64,000 nucleotides of DNA from Nitrospirota bacterium (lineage in GTDB: Bacteria > Nitrospirota > UBA9217): assembly GCA_963818475.1 (NCBI GenBank), contig CAWFSF010000002.1:192001-256000 (forward strand). The letters run 5' to 3'. The notes beneath the pieces were generated by a model. That model saw only the letters and a program-made list of their open reading frames with translations, was not told the origin of the DNA and made no database searches. Positions 32,791-46,944 of this stretch are shown here, in pieces; position 1 is the first letter of the stretch, and each line of letters begins with the position of its first letter. The position numbers and the translations under genes are program-made.

Positions 32791-32819
32791 TTATGACCCC
32801 CTGTAGCAATTTTCTTCGA

Positions 32820-32907
32820 AAATTGAATTGTCAATTTAGATTGAAGATTGAAAGTTTAGAATGCGGGACAATTTGCAATCTCAAATTTCCAATCTTCAAT
32901 TTCCAAT
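32820..32907. repeat. Heptamer-periodic palindromic element (atpG-atpD)
   Basis: agattga agattga aagttta ... caatttg caatctc aaatttc caatctt caatttc. Confidence 0.65.
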
Positions 32908-32913
32908 AAATAT

Positions 32914-33781
32914 TTATTTCTGTGCTTCCGCTCCGCCGACGATCTCGGAGATCTCCTTGGTGATCGCTGCCTGGCGCTGCTTGTTGAACTTGAGCGTCAG
33001 CCGTTCGATCATATCCTTGGCATTTCTCGTGGCCGAATCCATGGCGGTCATCCGCGAGCCCATTTCGCTCGCCTGGCTTTCCAGCATCGAGCGGTAGACC
33101 TGCACTTCAATGTGCTTCGGCAGGATCGAGCTCAGGATCGCTTCTGCCGACGGCTCGTACAGATAATCGACGGCAGCCATGAACGGGTCCGCCTCGGTGG
33201 GCGGTTCAACCGGCAGGAGCTTCTCGAGCGTTACCGTCTGCTGCATGACGCTCTTAAACTCATTGTACAGAAGATAGACCTCGTCGGCGTCGCCCTGCGA
33301 CAAAACGCTCGACGATGTTTTTTCCCACATCTGCGGCCTTCTCATAGTCGATCATGCCGAGTTCCGACCAGACCTTGCCCAGCGTGTATCCGGCCCGCTT
33401 GCGGAAAAAGTCGCGTCCTTTGCGGCCCACGACATTCACCTTCACGTCCTTGCCCTCGGCCTTGAACTGCTTGACGGCTTCGACGGCTTTGCGCAGGATA
33501 TTGGTATTGTATGCTCCGCAGAGCCCCCGGTCGGAGGTGAGGACAAGAAGCTTGACCTGCTTCGGCTCGCGCTTGGCCAGGAGCGGATGCTGCGCCCGCT
33601 CCACGCGGCTCGCGAGGTTCGCGATCACCGAGAGCATCTTGCGCGAGTACGGACGCGCGGCGATCACCCGGTCCTGGGCGCGGCGGAGCTTGGCCGCCGC
33701 CACCATCTTCATGGCCTTGGTGATCTGCTGGGTCTTCTTGACGCTCGTTATTTTTCTTTTAATGTCTCTTAAGCTGGGCAT
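32914..33781 (-). CDS. atpG: ATP synthase gamma subunit, frameshifted near 33300
   Basis: [43 protein letters not shown]. Confidence 0.97.
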
Positions 33782-33801
33782 GGTGTCCCTTTATGGAAAT
33801 G

Positions 33802-33931
33802 AAATCTCAAATCACAATATCCAAATCCCAAATAAATTCCAAAATTCAATGATCGAAATTCAAAACGTTTGGTTGCTTTGAATTTGGAGCTTCGATATTA
33901 TTTGATATTTGGTGCTGCTCTTTGGTATTTT
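33802..33931. repeat. About 125-bp heptamer-periodic palindromic element (atpA-atpG)
   Basis: aaatctc aaatcac aatatcc aaatccc ... aacgttt ... atttg repeats; homologous to 25953-26080. Confidence 0.75.
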
Positions 33932-33936
33932 CGCCC

Positions 33937-36013
<2,077 letters not shown>

Positions 36014-36017
<4 letters not shown>

Positions 36018-36593
36018 CCCCGGCCTCCCACGTTCGATGATGTATTCCTTCACAATGCGCTCATGGTCCGTGCCGCCGATCTTCTCTTTGATCATGCCTT
36101 CCGCAAGGTCGAGGGACAGGAGCGATGCCTCGGTGGCAAGCGTGGTCTTGGCCTTCTGCAGTTCGATATCGATGCCCTGCTTCACCTGGGCCTGAACATC
36201 CTGGGCGACCTTCCTGCCCTCCTCGATCAGCGACTGCTTGTCCTTTTCGCTCCGGGCCTGGGCATCGGCGACCATCCGCGCTGTTTCTGCTTCGAGGTCC
36301 TTGATCTTCCGTTCCATTTCCGCAAGAGCGGCCACGGCGCGCTCGCGGGCCTCTTTCGACTCCTGCAGCGCTTTCGCGATCTCGGCGGACCGGTTCTTGA
36401 AGAAGTCCTGGGCGGGCTTCCTCATGAAATAGACGACCACGCCTGCGATGATCGCAAAATTGACCAGCCGCGGCAGCCAGTCTCCCATGAACGTTATCGC
36501 TTCGTGAGCGCCTTCTTCGGCCTCGGATGCAAGCGCCACCGAGACGAACACCATCGTGAAAAGCGCTGAGAACAGCGGCATGATTTTTTTCAT
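36014..36593 (-). CDS. atpF: ATP synthase b subunit (one extra base near the end)
   Basis: TM segment RLVNFAII then charged coiled coil; span is 3n+1 to TGA at 36014. Confidence 0.88.
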
Positions 36594-36610
36594 TGTTCGA
36601 TTCCCCACCG

Positions 36611-37036
36611 TTATACCGCCCTTCCGAGCAGCTTGGAGGTAATGTCCAGCGAGAGCCGCTCTGCCTCTTTTTTGAGGTCCGCCCGCGCTGCCGTGGATGC
36701 GGCCGCTATCTCCGCACGGGCCTTGTCCAGCATTTCGCCTGCCTTCGTACGCTCTGCCGCGATCATTTCGCGCTGGGCGTCAAGGCCCTGCTGATAATTG
36801 GTATTGTAGGCTGCTGCGGATTTCTGCTTGGCTTCGGCCAGGGAGGCGTTATACTGTTCCAGAAGGCTCTGCGTGCGGTCCTGTGCGGACTTTGCATCGC
36901 CGAAGGCGGAGCTGATGCCCTGTTCCCGCTCGAGCATGACCTGCCGTATCGGCTTGAACAGGATGAAATGAAGCACGACGAGCAGAACGATGAAGTTGAT
37001 GAGCTGGTAGAGCAGGGAGATATTTATGTCTATCAT
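36611..37036 (-). CDS. ATP synthase b' subunit
   Basis: QLINFIVLLVVLHFILFKPI then coiled coil; first gene of the operon. Confidence 0.9.
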   Translation of the reverse strand: MIDINISLLYQLINFIVLLVVLHFILFKPIRQVMLEREQGISSAFGDAKSAQDRTQSLLEQYNASLAEAKQKSAAAYNTNYQQGLDAQREMIAAERTKAGEMLDKARAEIAAASTAARADLKKEAERLSLDITSKLLGRAV

Positions 37037-37281
37037 AAGCGAAGCGCCTCTCAGAACAGAGAAACATCTGTTGGTTGTTTTAAGTGCAAAAAAAATTAAC
37101 ACATCGAAAAATTAATGTCAAGATTTTTACCTATAAATAATATAAATGGCCGGACCGTTTTTGATTATAGAAAATGCTGGAGGGTGCAGAACGGCTGCTT
37201 TGACCTACTACCCTTCTGTAATTACTACAAAGCCCTTTACTCGACGGGAACGAGGTGGTAGAATGATGTTCCCTTACTGCC

Positions 37282-40075
37282 ATGAATAAGATCATCATAA
37301 AAGGCTGCCGCCAGCACAACCTGAAGAACATCGACGTCGAGATCCCGCGCGACAAGCTCGTGGTCATTACCGGGCTTTCGGGTTCCGGAAAATCGTCCCT
37401 TGCCTTCGACACGATCTATGCCGAGGGGCAGCGCAGGTACGTCGAGAGCCTTTCCGCCTACGCCCGCCAGTTCCTGGGCCAGATGGACAAGCCCGATGTG
37501 GACTCCATCGACGGGCTGTCGCCGGCCATCGCCATCGAACAGAAGACCACGAGCAAGAACCCCCGCTCCACCGTCGGCACCGTCACCGAGGTGTACGACT
37601 ACCTCCGCCTGCTCTACGCCCGCATCGGCAAACCCTATTGCTACAAATGCGGCCGCGAGATCGCCGCCCAGACCGTGCAGCAGATCACCGACGCGGTCAT
37701 GGCCCTGCCCGCGGACACGCGCATCCAGGTGCTGGCGCCGATCGTGCGCGGCAGGAAGGGCGAGTACAAGAAGGAGCTCATGGCAGCCGGCTGCCTCGGG
37801 CTTTGTCCGCGCCCGCGTGGACGGCGTGATCAAGGACCTGTCCGAGCCGGTCCCGATGGACAAGAAGAAGAAGCACGACATCGAGATCGTCATCGACCGG
37901 CTGGTGGTGAAACCCGGCACGGAACGCAGGCTCGCCGAATCCGTGGAAACTGCCCTGCGCCAGGCCGACGGCATCGTGCTCATCAACCTCGTGGACCAGA
38001 AGAAGGACCTGCTCTACAGCGAAAAGCTCGCCTGCATCGTCGACAACATCAGCTATCCCGAGATCGCGCCCAACACCTTCTCGTTCAACAGCCCCCAGGG
38101 CGCCTGCCCCACCTGCGACGGCCTGGGCGGGCTGCTCGAGTTCGACCCGGACCTTATCATCCCGAACAAGAACCTCACCCTCCGGGAAGGCGCCATCAAG
38201 CCCTGGGCAAAACGCGACATCCTTCCACCACTTCAAGATGCTCGAAACGCTCGCAGCAGCGTGCGGCTTTGACGTCAACACGCCCGGTCAAGGACCTGAA
38301 GCAGGCCCAGCAGAAACTGCTGCTCTACGGCGCGGCCGAATCCGCGAAACCGGCAGGCCGCGGCGAGGCCTGCAGCTCCTTCGAAGGCGTCCTCGATATC
38401 CTCAAAAAACGCTACGACGAGACCGACTCCTTCGCTACCCAGTGGGAGCTGGAGCAGTACATGAGCTACCAGACCTGCCCGGACTGCCGCGGCAGCAGGC
38501 TCCGCAAGGAATCGCTGGCCATCAAGGTCGCGGGTTTGAACATCCATGAAGTGACGCACATGAGCATCACGAAAGCGCTGGCGTTCTTCACGGACCTCAC
38601 GCTCTCGGAAAAAGAGACCGCCATTGCGCACCGGATCCTGAAGGAGATCCGCGAACGCCTGGGATTCATGGTCCACGTGGGCCTGGACTACCTCTCGCTC
38701 GACCGGGGCGCGGCGACCCTTTCCGGCGGCGAAGGCCAGCGCATCCGGCTTGCCACCCAGATCGGCTCGTCCCTCGTCGGCGTCCTGTACATCCTGGATG
38801 AACCGAGCATCGGCCTGCATCAGCGCGACAACCGCAGGCTCCTGGATACGCTGTTCCGGCTGCGCGACCTGGGGAACACGGTCCTCGTCGTGGAGCATGA
38901 CGAGGAGACGATCCGCCTGGCGGACCACGTGATCGACATGGGGCCCGGCGCGGGCGTGCACGGCGGCGAGGTGGTTGCCCAGGGAACGCCCAAGGAGATC
39001 GAAAAGAACCCCCGGTCGCTCACCGGCCAGTACCTGGCGGGCAAGCTCTCGATCCCGGTGCCCCGTACGCGGCGGCAGCGGGACAAATACATCACCGTGG
39101 TCGGCGCCAGCGAGAACAATCTGAACAACATCTCCGTGCGGTTTCCCCTGGGCGTGCTGACCTGCGTGACCGGCGCTTCGGGCTCCGGCAAAAGCACGCT
39201 GGTGGTGGACATCCTGTACCGGGCCCTTTCCCAGCGGCTCTACCGGTCAACGGAGCGGGCCGGGGCAGCACAAGGACATCAAAGGCCTGGAGCACATCGA
39301 CAAGGTGATCGACATCGACCAGTCGCCCATCGGCAGGACGCCGCGCTCCAACCCGGCCACCTATACCGGCGTGTTCGGCCCGGTGCGCGATCTCTTCGCC
39401 CAGCTGCCGGAGTCGCGCATGCGCGGGTACAAGCCGGGCCGCTACAGCTTCAATGTGAAAGGCGGCCGGTGCGAGGCCTGCGAGGGCGACGGGCTGATCA
39501 AGATCGAAATGCACTTCCTGCCCGATGTGTACGTGACCTGCGACGTCTGCCACGGCTCCCGGTACAACCGGGAAACGCTCGACGTCCGGTACAAGGGCAA
39601 GAACATCGCCGAGGTGCTCGGCATGACCGTGGAGCAGGCCTACGAGTTCTTCCAGAACGTGCCGCCCGTCCGGTCCAAGCTCCAGACGCTCATGGACGTG
39701 GGGCTGGGCTACATCACCCTGGGCCAGTCGGCAACGACGCTCTCGGGCGGCGAATCGCAGCGCGTAAAGCTGTCCAAGGAGCTGTCGAAGCGCGCCACGG
39801 GCCGTACGCTCTATATTCTCGACGAGCCCACCACGGGCCTGCACTTCGCCGACACGCAGAAACTGCTGGACATGCTCGCCAAACTGATCGACTCCGGCAA
39901 CACCGTGGTCGTGATCGAACATAACCTCGACGTGATCAAGACCGCGGACTGGATCATCGATCTGGGGCCCGAAGGCGGCGACCGGGGCGGCACCATCGTG
40001 GCCGAGGGCACGCCCGAGGATGTGGCCGCCGTGAAGGAATCGTATACCGGGCAGTTCTTGAAAAAGATATTGTGA
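37282..40075 (+). CDS. uvrA: Excinuclease ABC subunit A, several frameshifts
   Basis: [23 protein letters not shown], zinc fingers, [16 protein letters not shown], second ABC domain LSGGESQR and DEPTTGLH. Confidence 0.97.
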
Positions 40076-40291
40076 CAACGTACGCGAAGAAAAACATGCA
40101 GATGCGATGTCGCAGATTTTAAAAACATTTCAGCTGAGTCGTACACTGCCGTATTACAGGCGATCGCTACGCTCGAGACGCTCAGACTGCTGCACATGCA
40201 TCAGTTGCTTTATCCGTGAATCTGCGATCTGTGTGACCCTGGCTTGACAGTTACTCATTATCAACATTACCGATCCAATCCTGGAGGCCTC

Positions 40292-40757
40292 ATGAACCGC
40301 ATACTCGTTTTCCTCATCACCGCAACGCTCCTGCTCGTCCGCCTCGGCCTGCAGCGAAAAAAAGCTGCCTGCAGTCGCGGCGGCCAAGAGCAAGAACATG
40401 CTCACGGTGCTGCGTGAACTGGACGACACCTATCAGAAGAAGGACCTTGCGGGCTTCATGGCGCAGGTCGCTCCCCTCTACCCGGACCGCGAGGCGCTCT
40501 CCTCCTCGCTCACGACGGTGTTCAGCAAGTTCGAGACCGTCTCGCTGAACATCCAGTACACCAAAATGCTGATCATGATCGAAGAAAAAGGGAAGGTGCG
40601 GACAACCTTCAACTGGGACGGCGCCTGGCACAAGGCAGGCGGTGACGTCCAGAAGGACGGGGGCCGGGTCACGCTGGTCTTCGCGCCAGGGGATTTCAAA
40701 CTGCTTGCCATAGAGGGAAAGAACCCCTTTGTGCCGACGGAAAACAAGGTGAAGTAA
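40292..40757 (+). CDS. Hypothetical lipoprotein, possibly NTF2-like (frameshift in N-terminus)
   Basis: ggagg RBS and ATG 40292, hydrophobic leader with Cys, joins ORF 40398-40757. Confidence 0.55.
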
Positions 40758-40760
40758 GCA

Positions 40761-40848
40761 TTGCGGATTTCGGATTGCGGAGTTCGGATTAAAAGCTTAT
40801 CTAAGTCGGTTTTGCTATTCCGTCATTCCGCACTCCGCATTCCGCAAT
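40761..40848. repeat. Heptamer-periodic palindromic element (tgcggaw/wtccgca type)
   Basis: ttgcgga tttcgga ttgcgga gttcgga ... ttccgtca ttccgca ctccgca ttccgca; single arms also at 21058-21088, 55848-55868 and 61078-61108. Confidence 0.8.
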
Positions 40849-40852
40849 TTCT

Positions 40853-42425
40853 ATGGATTATACCGAAGAACATATCTCAACTGATTTCCTCATCATCGGC
40901 GGGGGCGTTGCCGGACTCCGGGCCGCCATCGAGCTCGCGCGGAACGGCGACGTGCTGGTCGTGACCAAGGACGCGCCGTCGGAAAGCAGCAGCGAGTACG
41001 CCCAGGGCGGCGTGGCCGTTGCGCTCTCGGACGAGGACGAGATCTCGATCCACTTTGACGACACGATCAAGGCAGGCGACGGGCTCTGCCTGCGCAAAGC
41101 CGTGGGCACGCTCGTCGAGGAAGGGCCCACGCGCATCAGGGAGCTCATTCTCTGGGGCGCCGAGTTCGACCGCGAGGGGACCAAACTCGCCTTCACGCAG
41201 GAGGCGGCCCATACGAAGCGCCGGATCCTCCATGCCCAGGGAGATTCCACGGGCAGGGAGATCATGCGCGTCCTGACCGGAAAGGTCCGCGAATCGGGGA
41301 CCGTGTCCAAGGTCGACTTTGCCTTTACCCGGGACCTGATCATCGAGCAGGGCAGGTGCGTCGGCGCAGTGGTCTGCCAGCAGGCGTTAAAGAAAATACT
41401 GATCATTTCCGCACGGGCGGTCCTGCTCGCCACCGGCGGCGCGGGCCAGTTGTACGAGCGCACCACCAATCCTGCGGTGGCCACCGGAGACGGCATGGCC
41501 ATGGCCTGGCGCGCCGGCGCGGCGCTCGTTGATATGGAGTTCGTCCAGTTCCACCCGACGGCCCTCTTCCGCGAAGGTGCGCCCCAGTTCCTGCTCTCCG
41601 AAGCCATGCGCGGCGAAGGCGGCATGCTTAAGAACAGCAGGGGCCAGCGCTTCATGGACGGTTACCACCCGGCACGGGAACTTGCGCCGCGCGATGTGGT
41701 CACCCGCGCCATCCATTCGGAAATGGCGCTGACCGGCGCAGACCACGTCTACCTCGACATGACCCACTTGAACAGCGACTACATCACCCACCGTTTCCCG
41801 AGGATCTATACGACCTGCAAAGAGCTCGGCATCGACATATCCCGCGAGCCGATCCCGGTCTCGCCGGCGGCCCACTATATCATGGGCGGCGTGAGAACGG
41901 ACCTCTGGGGAGCCACGACCGTACCCGGCCTGTTCGCCGCCGGAGAGACGGCCTGCACCGGCGTACACGGCGCGAACCGTCTGGCAAGCAACTCATTGCT
42001 GGAGGGCCTGGTCTACGGCGAGCGTGCCGGACTGGCAGCTGCTCGGTATGTGCGAAAGAGGATCCAGAATGCGAAGCCCCGATTGAACCTGCCGGGCCTT
42101 CATAAACGAGCGGCCTCCCCGCCATCAGGTCCTTCTGTTGCAGAAGTACGCTTGTCTTTGAAGAAGCTCATGTGGTCGAACGTGGGGATCGTGCGGAACA
42201 AAAAAGAACTGGCCGCCGCGCTCAAGCAGCTGAAGGACTGGGGCCGCGCCATGAAGGACCACGGCCCGGACAGGAACGTCTTCGAGCTGAACAATATGAT
42301 AACCACCGCCTCGCTCATCACCCGCTCGGCATTGCTGCGACGAAGGCAGCGTCGGCGCCCACTTTCGGAGCGACTTCCCGGCCAAAGGCAAAAACTGGCG
42401 CAAGCGAATCATCCTGAAAAAATAG
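40853..42425 (+). CDS. nadB: L-aspartate oxidase (frameshift near C-terminus)
   Basis: IIGGGVAG, YAQGG, EAAH, MEFVQFHPT, SEAMRGEG, HYIMGG, HGANRLASNSLLE. Confidence 0.93.
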
Positions 42426-42457
42426 CACTCCTGTTTCTTGCCGCTCATACAAACCTT

Positions 42458-43172
42458 ATGATCACCCCAACCCCAAACGACAAGATCAGGGCCTCCCAAC
42501 AGCTCATCATCGTTACCACCGGATCCTGGGCCGGGATCAAGGCCCGGCTTTATTGTTTTGAACGGTCGGGCGCAGCCTGGATTGGACAGATGCCTTTCAA
42601 CGCTGTTGTCGGGAAAGAGGGACTTGCCTGGGACGGAGAATTGGCGGGAATCGCTGGTGAAGGCCCGGAAAAGCGCGAAGGAGACGGCAAGGCGCCGGCT
42701 GGCGTGTTCTCACTGCTTCACGCAATGGGTCATGCCGCAAAACCGCCGGACAACGTCGTCTTCCCCTACGAGCGGATCCAGCCGGATATGCACTGCATTG
42801 ACGATGCCGGATCGCTCTATTACAACAGGATCGTGAGCGAAAGCATGCTAGGACCACGAGCAGAGGAACAATGGAAGTCTTCCGAGCAATTGAGTCGGAT
42901 GAAAGAGGAGTATCGATGGCTCATCGTGGTCGACTATAACAGGCGCGACCCAAAACCGGGCGCAGGAAGCTGCATATTCATTCACGTCTGGAAGTCTCAG
43001 GAGCAGGGCACTGCAGGCTGTACGGCCATGGCGGAAGCAGGACCTGCTGGCCGTCCTGCGATGGCTCAGGAACGAAAAAAAACCGCTCCTCGTGCAGCTG
43101 CCGAGAGCGGAATATGAACATCTCTGGAAAGCCTGGGGCCTTCCGTCGTTGGAACAGCTAGAAACGCCTTAA
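42458..43172 (+). CDS. L,D-transpeptidase catalytic-domain protein (frameshift near 43040)
   Basis: KREGDGKAPAG, YN, GSCIFIH, TAGC. Confidence 0.8.
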
Positions 43173-43189
43173 GCCGCTCCTTCACTCTT

Positions 43190-43749
43190 TTACCACCAGC
43201 CCGGAGGAGGCGGGTAAGGGACCGCCACCACCACGGATCATACCAGCCATAGGGATAGGGGTACGGGGAGTAGTAATAGGGATAGGCCGGCATCATGTAG
43301 TAATCGATCTGCTCTTCCCAGAGGTAGATCTGTTTGATCTCGAATACCGGGTAGGTGTACTCCATCTCGTCGATCTTGCCCTGCCGGTTCTCCCTGAAGG
43401 TGCCTGCAAGCGTTATTTCCCTGCCTTTTTTATAGACCAGAGGATCGAGCATGCCGCTCGTCCGCGGGTACAGCGCCAGGAACCGTCCCCCATACTGCTC
43501 CCGGTCCCTCAGATAGCCCAGCTTGCTCACCGGAACAGAGAGCACCTCGATCTGCGAACCGGTGTCCGTGACCCTCGTTTCAACGATCACTCCGCCGAGA
43601 ATGAACAGCTTGCCTTTATTGGCGTCGGGGCTTTCCCTGATCTGCGAAAGCGGGACATTCCGCGCTCCCTCCTGCATCAGCTCCCGGTTCAGGACGGGCG
43701 TACAGGAGAGCATCAGAGAACCGATCACTATGATTACTATCCTCTTCAT
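43190..43749 (-). CDS. Slp-family outer membrane lipoprotein
   Basis: Lipobox MLSC, GGVI, GRFLA, LDPLVYKKGREITLAG, YTYP, Tyr/Pro-rich tail. Confidence 0.85.
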
Positions 43750-43842
43750 AAACTTATTGTGACACCATCCGCTCATTATGTCAAGATGGTCCGCGCCGCT
43801 GCGACCAGAGATGCTCGTGGGCGCGGCAAAGCGCAGGCGCGC

Positions 43843-45181
43843 TCACTCCTCCTTAACGAACTCGGGATACAGCTTTTTCGCGCAATCCGGGCAGATGCCG
43901 TGGCTGAACTCGGCATCGGTGCGCTGCTGAATGAACACTTCCAAATGGTTCCAGAAGCCCTTGTCGTCGCGGATCTTTTTACATGACGCGCAGATCGGCA
44001 CCAGGCCCTTGAGCGTCTTGATGTTGTTCAGCGCGTCCTCATAGGCAAGAATGAGCTGCGACCGCTCCTGCTCCAGTTCTTTCTGGCTGCTGATGTCGCG
44101 AAAGGCGGTCACGACGGAAACTATTTTCCCGTCTTCCCAAATGGGGCTGGCCACGACCGCGATCGGGAAAACGGTGCCGTCCTTCCGCACGAACACCTCA
44201 TCGACGGACGTGTAGTTCTTCACCGCTCTTGATCACACTATGCATTCCGCAGGCCTCGAGCGGCTGAAGCGTCCCATCCGCCTTGCGGTAATGGACCAGG
44301 TCATGGGCGCCCTTTTCGTTCAGCTCTTCCCTGGTCCAGCCCAGAAGCCGCTCCGCCTCAGGATTCATGAACGTGATCTTTCCTTGCAGGTCGAGCACAT
44401 AGATGCCTTCGGCCAGATGCGAGGTGATATTCCGCAATTTCCTTTCACCGGCCAGGAGCATGTCTTCGAACTGCATCCGCGTCTCGGCCATCGTGTTGAA
44501 AGTCGCGGCCAGCTGCCCCAGCTCGTCATTCGAGCGGACCGGGACCCGGGCATGCATATCTCCGCGCTCCAGCGCCTGCGCCGCAACTGCCAGCAGATGA
44601 AGCGGTTTTGTCACTGATGAGACTAACAGGGCGGCCACAACGCTGCCTCCCAGAAAGAGCGCCGCAATGGCGCCGATGATCATGGCAATGATGTCATTGA
44701 TGTCACGTTCCACCGACGCTTGCGACATCCCCAGATACACGGTCGCTGCTCCGCTCTTCAACAGCGGAATGATGAATTCGTGCACCACTCCGCGCTCGGT
44801 GTTCAGATCCCGGTCAGAATACTGGCCATTGCTGCGCACCTCGCCGGGATATTCCTTTTGCAGGTCAAGGGGAAACCCGTTCTCAAAGGTATGCGCCACG
44901 ACCTCGCCGCGCGCGTTTCGGACGTAGATATACTCAATATCGGGCTCCTCATTCCTGACCTCCCTGAGGATTAGCGCAAGGTCGAGGAACTTCTCGGTCA
45001 GCACGGGATTGACGCTTTCGCGCGCAATGTTCCTGGCGAGGGAGAGTCCACGCTTTTCCAGTGTCACATGCAGTTTGTTATAGAGGACGGTCTTGGTGAG
45101 CACCACCAGCGACAACCCCAGCACGGCCACCATGCCCAGCAAACCCAGAATGAATTTTGTGCGCAACCTGATATTTCGCAT
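43843..45181 (-). CDS. Membrane HAMP-PAS sensor with Cys-rich C-terminal domain and no kinase (frameshift near 44220)
   Basis: TM-periplasmic-TM, HAMP (DELGQLAATFN), PAS (NPEAERLLGW, RKDG), PICASCKKIRDDKGFW...FSHGICPDC. Confidence 0.82.
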
Positions 45182-45186
45182 GGGAG

Positions 45187-46131
45187 TTATTTTATGACCT
45201 TCCCCGCTGCAGCCTGTTGATCCAGGAATGACTTCATTTCCCGTATCGAATCATAGGCGTGGTCGTCGATCAGCACGAACTTGTCGATCATCATATTCTT
45301 GAGGATCTCCCTGCCTTTTGGGTCCTTATGCGCGTTCAAGAAAACGTCCCTGAGCCTTTCCTTCAGCTTTGGGTCCATGCCGGGGGTGACGACGACCGGC
45401 GGGATGCCGTAGGGCGGGGACCGTTCAATGATCTTCGTCTTCTCGGTAAATTCCGGGTTCTTGTGATTAGCATATTCCCAGATGAGGCTGTCAACAGCAG
45501 CGCCGTCCACGAGCTTTTCCGCGACCGCCCTGATGGACTTGTCGTGCGAGTTTGTATAGATGACCTGTTTGAAGAAGCTTTTGGGCGACTCGCCCTTTCG
45601 AGCCAGCATGTAGGTGGGCACGAGTGTACCGCTGTTCGACAGGGGGTCGGTGAACGCGAAGCTCTTTCCCCGGAGGCCCTGGAACGTTTTTATAGAGCTG
45701 TCCGCAGCCACGATGATATAGGAGTAATAGACTGTGCCGTTGTAGGCCTGGGGCGCGACCAGCAGTTCCATGCCACGATTCTCGCTGCCGTCCACATAAG
45801 GGCCGCCGCAGACAAAAGCAACATCGACCTTCCCGGATTTTACCAGCGCATTGAGCTCGGCGTAATTTTCACGGTCCACAAAATCCACGCCTCTGCCGAT
45901 ATTTTCTCCAATATAATCAAGGAATTGCCTGTAGTACCCGAAACCCTCCTTGGGCGTGATCATGCCGCCCACAGCGATCCGAATATGGTCGGCATGTTCC
46001 TCCACAGCCTTGGCAGTCATTGTTTCCTTTGTTTCAAGGCTCACTTTACGTGGTTCGTCGGAGCGGCTGCAGCTAAAAAGTCCTGCTGAGAAGGTAAAAA
46101 TAAACATGAGAGAAACCAGGTTACGGATCAT
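45187..46131 (-). CDS. PhnD/PtxB-like phosphate/phosphonate-binding lipoprotein
   Basis: Lipobox LFSC, YYSYIIV, FTDPLSNSG, SHDKSI, PYGIPPVV. Confidence 0.88.
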   Translation of the reverse strand: MIRNLVSLMFIFTFSAGLFSCSRSDEPRKVSLETKETMTAKAVEEHADHIRIAVGGMITPKEGFGYYRQFLDYIGENIGRGVDFVDRENYAELNALVKSGKVDVAFVCGGPYVDGSENRGMELLVAPQAYNGTVYYSYIIVAADSSIKTFQGLRGKSFAFTDPLSNSGTLVPTYMLARKGESPKSFFKQVIYTNSHDKSIRAVAEKLVDGAAVDSLIWEYANHKNPEFTEKTKIIERSPPYGIPPVVVTPGMDPKLKERLRDVFLNAHKDPKGREILKNMMIDKFVLIDDHAYDSIREMKSFLDQQAAAGKVIK

Positions 46132-46296
46132 AAAACACCTCCAGCAGGATATATCCTGCGCGCTGAGCGAGCGAGCTTTCTAATTATAGCAGAGCCGCTG
46201 CTGTATTGATATTCCTTTCGTTTTTTTTCATTTCAATTTTATTTGCACGCTCCTTGCCGGCGTGTTATACTGAGCACTACTACTCGGGAGGCGGAC

Positions 46297-46557
46297 ATGG
46301 GACCAAAGGCATCGATCAGGCTGTACACGCTCAGCACCTGTTCACACTGCATGCGGACCAAGCGGTTCTTCGAGGAGAACGACATCGAGACGAAGATCGT
46401 TGATGTGGACCTCCTGTCGGGCGCTGAACGGGAACGGGTCATGGATGAAGTACGGAAGCTCAATCCCGACTGCACCTTTCCCACCATCTGCATCAACGAG
46501 ACGGTCATCGTGGGCTTTAACGAAGAGAAGCTGAAAAAGGCTTTAAAACTGCCATGA
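46297..46557 (+). CDS. Glutaredoxin/NrdH-like protein
   Basis: LYTLSTCSHC, FPTI, IVGF; ggagg RBS. Confidence 0.9.
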   Translation: MGPKASIRLYTLSTCSHCMRTKRFFEENDIETKIVDVDLLSGAERERVMDEVRKLNPDCTFPTICINETVIVGFNEEKLKKALKLP

Positions 46558-46886
46558 CGCCTGAGACGCTTTACACTATACTATCAAAATATGCCGAATC
46601 GCAGGGCATCCGGCTGAACAGCGACAAGCCTTTTGTGATGGATATCCTGCAGGGACTGCTCACGAACGAGGCGCGCTACGGCTATCGTTCCTGCCCCTGC
46701 AGGCTTGCCTGGGGAGTAAAAGAGAAGGATGCGGACATCGTCTGCCCCTGTGTGTATCGCGACCCGGACATCGCGGAGTACGGAAGCTGCTTCTGCGCGC
46801 TCTACGTTTCCGTTGCATGGAATGAAGGAAAGATCGAACGCCGGCAGGTGCCGGAGCGAAGGCCGAAAGAGAAACGGATGATGTGA
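46554..46886 (+). CDS. Ferredoxin-thioredoxin reductase catalytic subunit-like
   Basis: CPC, CPC, CFC motifs; overlaps the glutaredoxin stop. Confidence 0.9.
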   Translation: MTPETLYTILSKYAESQGIRLNSDKPFVMDILQGLLTNEARYGYRSCPCRLAWGVKEKDADIVCPCVYRDPDIAEYGSCFCALYVSVAWNEGKIERRQVPERRPKEKRMM

Positions 46887-46944
46887 GATCAGACAGGTTC
46901 AGGATGCAGGATACAGGAATCAAGTACAAGATAAGGAAGAAGCG

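Noticed and set aside
40853-43117. Apparent NadB plus L,D-transpeptidase fusion (754 aa)
   Set aside because: The NadB C-terminal motif falls out of frame near 42340 and the linker is nonsensical; most likely two genes joined by a frameshift
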